Source: Candidatus Hodarchaeota archaeon (GTDB lineage: Archaea > Asgardarchaeota > Lokiarchaeia > Sigyniarchaeales > SOKP01). Taken from it: a stretch of DNA of 64,000 nt. The position numbers were made by a program, and so were the translations under genes. How positions within the stretch are numbered: position 1 is the stretch's first letter; each line of letters starts with the position of its first letter. A model generated the notes under the pieces. That model was not told the origin of the DNA. It searched no databases and was given only the letters and a program-made list of their open reading frames with translations. Positions 51,297 through 59,884 of the stretch are shown piece after piece. Location: assembly GCA_048886685.1 (NCBI GenBank), contig JBHLKM010000003.1, positions 261,548-325,547 on the forward strand. The letters are read 5' to 3'.

Positions 51297-52919
51297 TTAA
51301 TCGCTGGATGAATTCTTTTTCTTAACTATAAGGTTAAGTCCTTTTAGTAGTGACAAAACGGAACTCATTACGATATCTTCATGAGTAGCACTTGCTTTTA
51401 CTATATGATTACTATCGATATCCATAATTTCAATAGTAGTGTGTCCTAGTGCTTCAGTTCCCCCTGTTATTGCATCAATTTGATAATTTAATAGCTTTAT
51501 TTTACTCATTGGTTTAAAGCATTTAATAATTGCATTAACTGATGCATCTACAGGTCCAACTCCAACTGAAGAGGCTACTTTCTCAATACTATTTCCATTA
51601 TCATCAATTTTTAAGCGTACAGTCGAAGTGGGAGTAACAGAGCCAGTTAATACAGTTAATTCTTCGAGTTTTACGAATTGATCTTCTTCAGGTAGGTCTT
51701 CAAAAACATCTTTTAAAATAGCAAAGAAATCTTCTTCGGTTACTTCATGTCCTTTATCTCCAAAAGCTTTAACATGGTTCATAATATTAGAAAACTGAAC
51801 GTCTGTAGTATGAATACCTAAGTCTTCTAATTTTGCTTTAAGTGCATGTCCTCCTGTATGCTTTCCCAATTTTATTGATTGTTTAATTATTTCTTCTACA
51901 TTGTCAGATCGTTTAATGCCTATTAACTCTGGTGTTATAGGTTCATATGCACGAGCATGTTGAATCATTGCATGAGCATGAATACCTGATTCATGGGCAA
52001 ATGCATTCTGACCAATTAATGGCGTCAATCGACCAATAGTTACTTTTCCCCCGCATAAGCTTTCAACTAATTTTGCAGTTGGAAATATCAATCTTGTGTG
52101 TATCTGCATTGGGATTTGATATAAGGCATAAAGAGACATAGCAGTTTCTTCAAATGCCGCATTTCCTGCTCTCTCACCCAACCCTAATATTGTTGTTTGA
52201 GCTTCGGAAGCACCATTTTCAAATCCAGCTATTGTATTTGCCACGGCTAAGCCAAAATCATTATGACAGTGCACCGCAATCCTCACACTTTTAGGTAATG
52301 AGTCATAATTTTTCCTAACAATATATCCATATGCAGTTGGAGATATCGTACCAACAGTATCAGGTATATTAATTCGAGTTGCTCCACTTTCGACGGCAAC
52401 TTGATTAACCTTGATCAGATAATCTAAATCTGACCTTGTAGCATCTTCGGCTGAAAATTCAATCTTAGAATAATGATCTTTAGCATAAGATATTAATTCT
52501 CCAACGATATCAATAACGTCCTCTCTCGTCATTTTTAGTTTTTCTTTCAAATGTAAGTCTGAAGTTGCGATAAATACATGAATTGAATCCATATCTGCTT
52601 CAATAACCTTATCTATATCAATCTTCTTAATACGAGCTAAACCAATTACTTCTGAATCCAAACCAAGTTTCGAAATTTCTTTGCATGCATCAAAATCGCC
52701 TTGGGATATGACTGGAAATCCTGCCTCAATTACATCTATACCCAGCTCATTTAATGATTGGGCAATAGATATTTTTTCCTTTAGTGTAAAGCTAATTCCT
52801 GGTGTTTGTTCTCCATCACGTAGAGTGGTGTCGAAGAAATATGCTTTTTTGGGTAAGACTAATGTCCCACGAATTTTTTCCATCATATCAGAAACCATAA
52901 TATCGCTTTTTTCGTTCAT
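51297..52919 (-). CDS. leuA: 2-isopropylmalate/citramalate synthase with C-terminal regulatory domain
   Basis: DTTLRDGEQ, HCHNDFG, GERAGNA, HESGIH, GVGPVDA. Confidence 0.85.
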   Translation of the reverse strand: MNEKSDIMVSDMMEKIRGTLVLPKKAYFFDTTLRDGEQTPGISFTLKEKISIAQSLNELGIDVIEAGFPVISQGDFDACKEISKLGLDSEVIGLARIKKIDIDKVIEADMDSIHVFIATSDLHLKEKLKMTREDVIDIVGELISYAKDHYSKIEFSAEDATRSDLDYLIKVNQVAVESGATRINIPDTVGTISPTAYGYIVRKNYDSLPKSVRIAVHCHNDFGLAVANTIAGFENGASEAQTTILGLGERAGNAAFEETAMSLYALYQIPMQIHTRLIFPTAKLVESLCGGKVTIGRLTPLIGQNAFAHESGIHAHAMIQHARAYEPITPELIGIKRSDNVEEIIKQSIKLGKHTGGHALKAKLEDLGIHTTDVQFSNIMNHVKAFGDKGHEVTEEDFFAILKDVFEDLPEEDQFVKLEELTVLTGSVTPTSTVRLKIDDNGNSIEKVASSVGVGPVDASVNAIIKCFKPMSKIKLLNYQIDAITGGTEALGHTTIEIMDIDSNHIVKASATHEDIVMSSVLSLLKGLNLIVKKKNSSSD

Positions 52920-53005
52920 TTCCTTTAACCTTTTTAAAATTCTTTAGTTTTTACCAGCCCTCTTATTACTATGAGAGAAGAACTTCCATAGATAAAGAAG
53001 GTTTA
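52920..53005 (-). promoter_or_regulatory. Candidate attenuator: alternative pairing segments between leader stop and leuA start
   Basis: In the mRNA, segment A (AACCUUCUUUAU) can pair with AUAAGAGGG or with AAGGUU next to the leuA start; segment B (UUCUCUCAU) also pairs with AUAAGAGGG. Confidence 0.45.
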
Positions 53006-53116
53006 TTATAATAATAATAAATCTAAATCTAATTCAGTTAAACACAACCCTAATGAAAAAAAACGCTTCAAATAATTTTTAAGTTTAGATTTATATGATA
53101 GTGGAAGCATTTTCAT
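53006..53116 (-). CDS. Candidate leucine-rich leader peptide (36 aa) of the leu operon
   Basis: MKMLPLSYKSKLKNYLKRFFSLGLCLTELDLDLLLL*; 13 Leu, ending TTA TTA TTA TTA TAA, 86 nt upstream of leuA. Confidence 0.6.
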   Translation of the reverse strand: MKMLPLSYKSKLKNYLKRFFSLGLCLTELDLDLLLL

Positions 53117-53140
53117 TTCTCTTAATCCAATAGAATTGTA

Positions 53141-53150
53141 TTTTATAAAA
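53141..53150 (-). promoter_or_regulatory. TATA-box candidate for the leader-leuACD transcript
   Basis: TTTTATAAAA located 25-34 nt upstream of the leader ATG (53116). Confidence 0.45.
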
Positions 53151-53309
53151 TAAATTGCTTGTAGTTTTAAAAATATTTCGATAAATTCAACTTATATGTT
53201 TGATTAAAATGTATTATTTATTGAGATTCAAAATGGGGATAAATGTTCCTTAATCCTTTTTATATCAAACATATTTTTTTTATTTAGAAAAACTTTGGCT
53301 TAAAAAATA

Positions 53310-53990
53310 ATGAAAAAAATTAATAAAATATTGATTGGAACCTTTGCTTTAGCGATTCTTTTTACAATATTAAGCACTAGTACTGTATTAGCCGCAGAAG
53401 CTTCTATAGATATTAATGATGATACTTATCAAACAAGAATACAAGCAAACAATCGTGTAATGTTTACGTTTCGACAGAGGACAAGACTAACATTTGATAC
53501 TAATGTTAATATTGATGTAGATATTAACTGTGATTCTTTGAGGATTGGTATTAAGTCATTCGAAATTGAAATTGACTGTAATCAAGATCTTCAAATGAAT
53601 ATGACATGTACTGAAGAGCAAGCTGAATTAGGATTGTTGATGGGAAACAGATACACTGTACGAAACCGACATAGATATCAATACCAAGAAGGTTTTTGTT
53701 TTTTACTTCAGTGTAATAATTCAGGTGAAATTCAAGCTAAATTAAAAATACAAGCGAATAATCAAAATCATAATGGAAACTGGGCTTATTATGATGAAAA
53801 TTCTGAAGAATGGGTTACAGTTCCAACAACGATAGAAGATGGATATTTAGTTACTGAGACTGATCACTTCTCATACTGGACTGTACTAATTCCCGAATCT
53901 GAAAATAACATCTTAATTTATATCGGTCTCATAAGTGCTGTTGGCATCATCGCTGTGGTTTCATTTATTATTCTTAGAAAAAGAAAATAG
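53310..53990 (+). CDS. Secreted single-pass membrane protein with juxtamembrane HFS motif
   Basis: Signal peptide, WAYYD...WVTVPT...TDHFSYW, C-terminal TM followed by RKRK. Confidence 0.75.
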   Translation: MKKINKILIGTFALAILFTILSTSTVLAAEASIDINDDTYQTRIQANNRVMFTFRQRTRLTFDTNVNIDVDINCDSLRIGIKSFEIEIDCNQDLQMNMTCTEEQAELGLLMGNRYTVRNRHRYQYQEGFCFLLQCNNSGEIQAKLKIQANNQNHNGNWAYYDENSEEWVTVPTTIEDGYLVTETDHFSYWTVLIPESENNILIYIGLISAVGIIAVVSFIILRKRK

Positions 53991-54071
53991 TACTAAGCAA
54001 AGAATTATAAAAAAATTATTTTTTTATTTTAATAATAAATTTATAGAAGAATATTAGAATTTTGAAGATAA

Positions 54072-55337
54072 TTGGCCTATAAAAAAATACTTAATAGGAA
54101 AAAACACGGATTTAACCTTATAATATTAATTCTAATTCTTCTTGAAATAAATGTAATTATATCTGATACATTTGCGAGAACTGAAAACATTTCGGAGTTT
54201 TGGACGGTTGATATAGTTGAAGCCGATGAATACGTTTATTACCATTTTCCAAATAACATTAATTTTGAAATTACAACAAATTCAAGGATAAATCTCTACT
54301 TAGAATATGAAAATAAGATAGCTAATCGTCAGTGTTCATTTTCTTTTTATAATAATGAATCAATTTCTTTAAATATAACATCAAAAACAACTATGAGAAA
54401 TTTTGGGATATCACAACCCCCTAATTCACCTAAAAAAGGAAACTTTCACCTACGATATCAATATAACTGCATTTTCAAGATTCAGTCAAATTCATCAATT
54501 CAAAATTTTTCAATTAGCTATCGCAAAATAAATCAATATGGATTAAATCATGAAGTAAATTATTCATTAGCGCTCTTCAAAATTAATCAAGAATCATGGG
54601 AATTAGTTGAAACCGAAGAAAACTTTAATGAATCTAACTCAGAATTATATTTAGAAAGCACTTTATATGATATTGAAAGTGATACAGAATATTATATAAC
54701 ACTTTTCGAGTTTGCCAGAGAACCTTATGATTGGACTTGGTTAATTTTTACTATTACTATTGTAGCAGTAGGTATACTTTCAATCGCGTTTTTAATATCA
54801 AAAAAGGAATATTTCCACTATTTAAGAAAAAGGACTGTTCCTATTGAGAAAGGGGCTCATAGATTATCTTTAGATGAGGTATTGGAAAATGAAAATCGAA
54901 ATATAATTATTGATCTCATATTGAATGAACCAGGAATCCATTTTAACGAATTATTAAGAAAAACTGGGCTTGCGGCAGGAAATTTAGTTTGGCATCTCGA
55001 TATTCTGCAGACATATAAAATTATAGGGAAAAAGAGAGTAGGTAATTTTATCGCATATTTTCCATATTACCAGAAAAATCCACTTTCTAATGTAGATTTA
55101 AAACTACAAAAAAGTAAACTTACTTTGGAAATTTTAGAAATGATTGAGCAAGAACCAGGCATTTGGAATAATTTAATTACAAAAAAATTCAAGTTGGATC
55201 ATAAAACAATTCACTACCATTTACAGAAATTACATGAACTCGGGTTAATTAAATTAGAAAAAGAAGGAAGAAAAAAGAAAATCTTTCCAAATTTTGAATC
55301 AGATTATTATAAATTCAAAAATAATAATAGCTCATAA
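54072..55337 (+). CDS. Membrane-tethered transcription factor: ectodomain, TM helix, tandem wHTH
   Basis: N-terminal hydrophobic signal, TM WLIFTITIVAVGILSIAFLI, then VLENENR..I...PGIHFNEL...WHL and PGI...IHYHLQKL. Confidence 0.8.
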   Translation: MAYKKILNRKKHGFNLIILILILLEINVIISDTFARTENISEFWTVDIVEADEYVYYHFPNNINFEITTNSRINLYLEYENKIANRQCSFSFYNNESISLNITSKTTMRNFGISQPPNSPKKGNFHLRYQYNCIFKIQSNSSIQNFSISYRKINQYGLNHEVNYSLALFKINQESWELVETEENFNESNSELYLESTLYDIESDTEYYITLFEFAREPYDWTWLIFTITIVAVGILSIAFLISKKEYFHYLRKRTVPIEKGAHRLSLDEVLENENRNIIIDLILNEPGIHFNELLRKTGLAAGNLVWHLDILQTYKIIGKKRVGNFIAYFPYYQKNPLSNVDLKLQKSKLTLEILEMIEQEPGIWNNLITKKFKLDHKTIHYHLQKLHELGLIKLEKEGRKKKIFPNFESDYYKFKNNNSS

Positions 55338-55485
55338 AAATCTACTACTTTTAATCTGTAATAATCCAATTATATCCAATTATTAAAGTGAACAATAACT
55401 TATAGGTTATAACTTATATAAAAAGTATTTTTAATACTTTTCAGATATAAAAAGATTAAGTTATGAATTTAATGGTATAATTATC

Positions 55486-55989
55486 ATGATTGATCCAAAG
55501 ATTTTATTAGATTTCATTAAAGCAAGAAGAAGCATAAGGGCATTTCAAGATAAGCCAATTCCAGAAAAAGAAATAGAAATGATATTGGAAGCAGGACGGT
55601 GGGCACCAAGTGCTTCAAATCGTCAACCCTGGCAATTTATTGTCGTTAAAAGCAAGGATATATTAAAAAAAATAGCTAGAGTAACTGGTTATGGTTGGTT
55701 TATTGCTGAAGCTTCATTTGCTATAGCTATTATGGGAAAACCAAGGGTAAGTGGCAAGTGGTATGTAATTGATACTTCCCTAGTCTCAATGAACATGATG
55801 TTAATGGCTTGGTCTTTAGGAATAGGCAGTTGTTGGATAGGTTCAATGAATAAAGAGAAAGTAAAACAAATTCTAGGTCTAAATGCAGATGATTATTTAT
55901 TAACTGTACTCCCCTTTGGATATATTCAAGGAAATATTCCAAAACCCACCGATAGAAAACCCTTAAATAAAATTATTAAAGAAATGTAA
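55486..55989 (+). CDS. Nitroreductase family protein
   Basis: RRSIR, WAPSASNRQPW, LGIGSCWIG. Confidence 0.92.
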   Translation: MIDPKILLDFIKARRSIRAFQDKPIPEKEIEMILEAGRWAPSASNRQPWQFIVVKSKDILKKIARVTGYGWFIAEASFAIAIMGKPRVSGKWYVIDTSLVSMNMMLMAWSLGIGSCWIGSMNKEKVKQILGLNADDYLLTVLPFGYIQGNIPKPTDRKPLNKIIKEM

Positions 55990-56095
55990 TTCTCAACAGT
56001 TTCAACATTATGTATATAATATAATTATATATGAGCTAATCATTAGAAATATTCTTTTTTCACCTGTATACTAATTTCATCAGGAATTTATTATT

Positions 56096-56608
56096 ATGAC
56101 AGTAAAAATTGCAATTTTGGGAGATACTCACATAAGGAGTTTTAAAGATTTACCAAGGGATATGATGGAAGAAATTGAAGATTCAGATTGGATTATTCAT
56201 GTTGGAGATTATGTTTCTTTAGACGTTCTAGATGGTTTGATCCAACTTAAAGGAGATAATTTTAAAGGTGTTTATGGTAATGCTGATCCTAAATATATTT
56301 TAGATAAAGTTCCATCAAAAGAGATTTTTGAGATTTCAGGGAAAAAGATAGGTATTACTCATCCAGCGAGTGGGGGGCCTACTGAACTTATTAAATCTAA
56401 AGTATTAGATTTATTTAAGGATGATAATGTTGATATTGTCGCTTATGGACATACACATGAGCCGGAAATAATATATAATGAAAAAATATTACTTATCAAT
56501 CCAGGAAAAGGGTATTTAGAGACAGAATATTTTGGACCATCCACTACTATTGCAATTCTTACATTGAACCAAGAAATTAATTATAAAATAAAAGAAATTA
56601 ATAAGTAA
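56096..56608 (+). CDS. YfcE/MJ0936-like metallophosphoesterase
   Basis: DTH, HVGD, GNAD, GHTH, NPG. Confidence 0.9.
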   Translation: MTVKIAILGDTHIRSFKDLPRDMMEEIEDSDWIIHVGDYVSLDVLDGLIQLKGDNFKGVYGNADPKYILDKVPSKEIFEISGKKIGITHPASGGPTELIKSKVLDLFKDDNVDIVAYGHTHEPEIIYNEKILLINPGKGYLETEYFGPSTTIAILTLNQEINYKIKEINK

Positions 56609-56615
56609 GTAAAGT

Positions 56616-57164
56616 TCAAAGAATAAAAATTGCTGCAGCTATTACAGATGCCCATTCATTTTCCTCTCTGACAGTTGCAAATTCAGTAATACTTTTAGTT
56701 TCAACTATTTTTCCTCCCATTTTATATACTTCTCTCTTCTCATCATAATTAGCATCTGGATCAAATGGAATCCCTAAAGTGGAAGCTAACATTTCTGCTG
56801 CTAAGTCTTCAGCCATATCTCCTGTATTTTCTGGTTTTATACCAAATGTATGGTGTTCAGACAAATATCCGTATTGACTCTTTTCTGCTGGTTTTGCAAC
56901 TCCTATTGATGCACAAATTAATCGATTATATTCATTAGATTCTGCCCTAGCTAAAACAGCATATATAATCTGACCTGGTCGGAGTTGTTTTAAGCCATCG
57001 TCTTGATTTATTTCGATACAATAAGGAGGGAGTATTGAGGAAACATTTACAATATTATATTTTTCAATTCCCGCCCTCCTTAGTGCTTGTTCAAAAGCAG
57101 CTAGCTTAGATTTATGAAATCCTTTACCTTTAACAAAGAATACCTTCTTTGGGACTAATGACAT
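56616..57164 (-). CDS. pdaD: Pyruvoyl-dependent arginine decarboxylase
   Basis: FEQAL..AGI..YNIVNVSSILPP (SS cleavage site), YGYLSEH. Confidence 0.9.
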   Translation of the reverse strand: MSLVPKKVFFVKGKGFHKSKLAAFEQALRRAGIEKYNIVNVSSILPPYCIEINQDDGLKQLRPGQIIYAVLARAESNEYNRLICASIGVAKPAEKSQYGYLSEHHTFGIKPENTGDMAEDLAAEMLASTLGIPFDPDANYDEKREVYKMGGKIVETKSITEFATVREENEWASVIAAAIFIL

Positions 57165-57497
57165 AGCTTAATCGTAAGTTATTTATAACATATAGTTAAG
57201 ATTTTAGTATAAAAGATTATATTTAAATTTATTTTAATAACTAATGATATATTCTAGCTTTTAACTCCTAAACTATCAAAATTCTGCTTATTTGATGAAC
57301 TCACTGTCCTTATTAAATTTTATTATAAATAAGGGTACCATTTAGGATTAAATTAGTAAAATAAAAGTAATTTTAATGATTCATATCTAAAATATATTAT
57401 CTAAGGAAATTATTCAGACAAAATAACATAATTTCAAGGCTTTTTAAAAAAATTAAAATACATCAATTTAAAACTGTTAAAGCATTTAACTTTATTT

Positions 57498-58487
57498 ATG
57501 AATACCCGTCAAAAAGAAGATTATTTAATAAGGAAGGTAAAACCATTTGATGCTACAAAAGTAAAAAATACAGATGATCTTTTAATAGCTCTTAAAAACT
57601 GTGGTTTCCAAGGAAGAAATCTTGGTATAGCTCTTGATATCTTGGAAAAAATGGTAAGTGATAACAACATTTTAACAGTTCTTACAATTTCAGGAGCACT
57701 TGTGCCCGCAGGGATGGGTGAATTGATAATCTCATTAATAGAATTAAATTTAATTGACGTTTTAATTAGTACTGGTGCAAATATTACACACGATTTAGTA
57801 GATGCAACATGCAATATAGGTCATTATCTCGGAAGTTCTAACGTTGATGATGATGAATTATTTAAATTCAGGATAAATCGAATTTATGATATTTTCCTCC
57901 CAGAGGATAGTTATTCAAATGCAGATAAAAGGTTATTTGAAATTATTCAATCTGTTTACAGCACAAAAAATATTCACACTACACCATCTGAATTTTTGAA
58001 AAAAATCGGAAGTAATGTAAAGCAACGATCTATCTTATCGATGGCTGCTGAAAAGGATATTCCCGTTTTTGTTCCCGCTTTTTCCGATTCTGAATTAAGT
58101 TTAAAATTACTAAAATATGCATATTATTCAGAATATAACTTTCAATTTGATATTTTAGAGGATGTAAAGAAGTTTGCAGATATAATAAGAAAATCAAATG
58201 AATATGGCACTCTAATAGTTGGAGGAGGTGTTCCAAGGAACTGGGCTCAACAGATTTTTCCGATGCTTGATGAATTGGATAAAATTGAGAGAATGGGTTA
58301 TAATTATTCAGTTCGTATACACACTGCTACTGAATATGATGGAGGGCTTTCAGGGAGCACTTTTTCTGAAGCAAAATCATGGGGAAAATATGATCTGGAA
58401 TCTAAACATGTGAGTGTATGGTGTGATGCAACAATCGCCTTGCCAATTTTAATTTCTGGGTTATACCATCGATTAAATATTATATAA
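57498..58487 (+). CDS. Deoxyhypusine synthase family protein
   Basis: GFQGRNL, STGANITHD, PAFSDS, GGGVPRN, GGLSG...EAKSWGK, DATI. Confidence 0.9.
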   Translation: MNTRQKEDYLIRKVKPFDATKVKNTDDLLIALKNCGFQGRNLGIALDILEKMVSDNNILTVLTISGALVPAGMGELIISLIELNLIDVLISTGANITHDLVDATCNIGHYLGSSNVDDDELFKFRINRIYDIFLPEDSYSNADKRLFEIIQSVYSTKNIHTTPSEFLKKIGSNVKQRSILSMAAEKDIPVFVPAFSDSELSLKLLKYAYYSEYNFQFDILEDVKKFADIIRKSNEYGTLIVGGGVPRNWAQQIFPMLDELDKIERMGYNYSVRIHTATEYDGGLSGSTFSEAKSWGKYDLESKHVSVWCDATIALPILISGLYHRLNII

Positions 58488-58493
58488 AATAAT

Positions 58494-59807
58494 TTAGGCA
58501 TCCTCTAATTCTATCACATTATTAAGGGTTATGAAAGCTTTTTTTTTTTCGTTTTCATCAAGTAGACATTTTGTTACTTTCCAAAATCTATATTCATGAT
58601 TTAAATAAGCAGAACATTTACTTCTAAACTCTTCAGGGCAATCAGTAATTTGCCAACATTGAAATATCTTACTTTCAAAGAATCTATGAAATTTGTTTGG
58701 CAGGTTTTTATAAGTACAACCTTGTTTTTTAAGATAATCATCTAAGATGTTTGAATTGTAAGTATTCCAAAATAATACCTTTTTAGATTTATTCCCACTT
58801 TCTTTAAGAAAATCTAACATTCCTGCCATAGCTTTACCAGTGTACGTAGTTTCTAATTTAAAGTTTCTTTTTTTTCCCTCCAAATGATAAACTGTATCAA
58901 CCGCATTCTGACTCTTTATCGTCTTAATACCATATCCAGAACCTAAATACCCGGTGATAAACTCAAAATCATCTTTGGAAACTTTTATATTAGGAATAGA
59001 ATTATCACATTTATGTAAGTATTTAAGGGCCTTATTGGCATTTCTCATTACAGCGGAAGGATTTGACATAAAATCATCATACACTGCCACAACATGAACT
59101 TTAGTTTTTAATCCAAGAAGTTTACAACCAGCAACTAATCCCCCACTTGTACCATTAGTTCCTCCTGCAACAAATATTGCATCTGGTTCTGGTATTATAT
59201 TTTCTTCAATTTGTTTTTTCAGTTCACATATGGCATTTATAAAACCCACCGTCCCTATAGAACTTCCAAAACCAAAAAGTGGAGATCCTCCGGGAAATAT
59301 GAAATAAAATTTTGGATGATTTAATTGGAAAAATAACGCTTTTATAAATGTACTTATAACTCCCTTACTAAGATGCAATTTTGCTCCAAAATAATCAAAA
59401 AGTATTAAAGATCTCTGTACATGCCATGTAAGTGGTTGAGGAAATAGAAATAACTCACATTTTAATGGTGGATCTAAGTTGCTACATACAATAGTACAAG
59501 CTAAACCATGGTTAGTGCCGATACCGCCTGTGGTTATAATTCCTTTTTTCTTTTTTTTTATAATATCCCCAAAAATGAATTCAAACTTTCTAAGTTTGTT
59601 TCCGCCATAAATAGGATGATTTTTATCATCACGTTTAATATATATTTCTCCACCATTTAAATCACATCTTTTTTCCAATTCAAAAAGCCTTTCAATAGGA
59701 GTAGGAATTTTCGTAAGCAAAGGAATCCAAGGGATTATCTTCTTTAAATTAGGAAATCTTTTAAATAGAATAGGCTCTTCTCGTTCCATGAATAATAGAA
59801 TATCCAA
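58494..59807 (-). CDS. PLP-dependent D-cysteine desulfhydrase/ACC deaminase family protein with Cys-rich C-terminal extension
   Basis: PTPIE, IKRDD, GGNKLRK, TNHG, LETTYTGK. Confidence 0.85.
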   Translation of the reverse strand: MDILLFMEREEPILFKRFPNLKKIIPWIPLLTKIPTPIERLFELEKRCDLNGGEIYIKRDDKNHPIYGGNKLRKFEFIFGDIIKKKKKGIITTGGIGTNHGLACTIVCSNLDPPLKCELFLFPQPLTWHVQRSLILFDYFGAKLHLSKGVISTFIKALFFQLNHPKFYFIFPGGSPLFGFGSSIGTVGFINAICELKKQIEENIIPEPDAIFVAGGTNGTSGGLVAGCKLLGLKTKVHVVAVYDDFMSNPSAVMRNANKALKYLHKCDNSIPNIKVSKDDFEFITGYLGSGYGIKTIKSQNAVDTVYHLEGKKRNFKLETTYTGKAMAGMLDFLKESGNKSKKVLFWNTYNSNILDDYLKKQGCTYKNLPNKFHRFFESKIFQCWQITDCPEEFRSKCSAYLNHEYRFWKVTKCLLDENEKKKAFITLNNVIELEDA

Positions 59808-59884
59808 TTGATAAAAAAATTATATATTACTCAATCTCTTATAAATCCTAATAAAAGTACAATCTTTATGAAAACTATTTTAAA

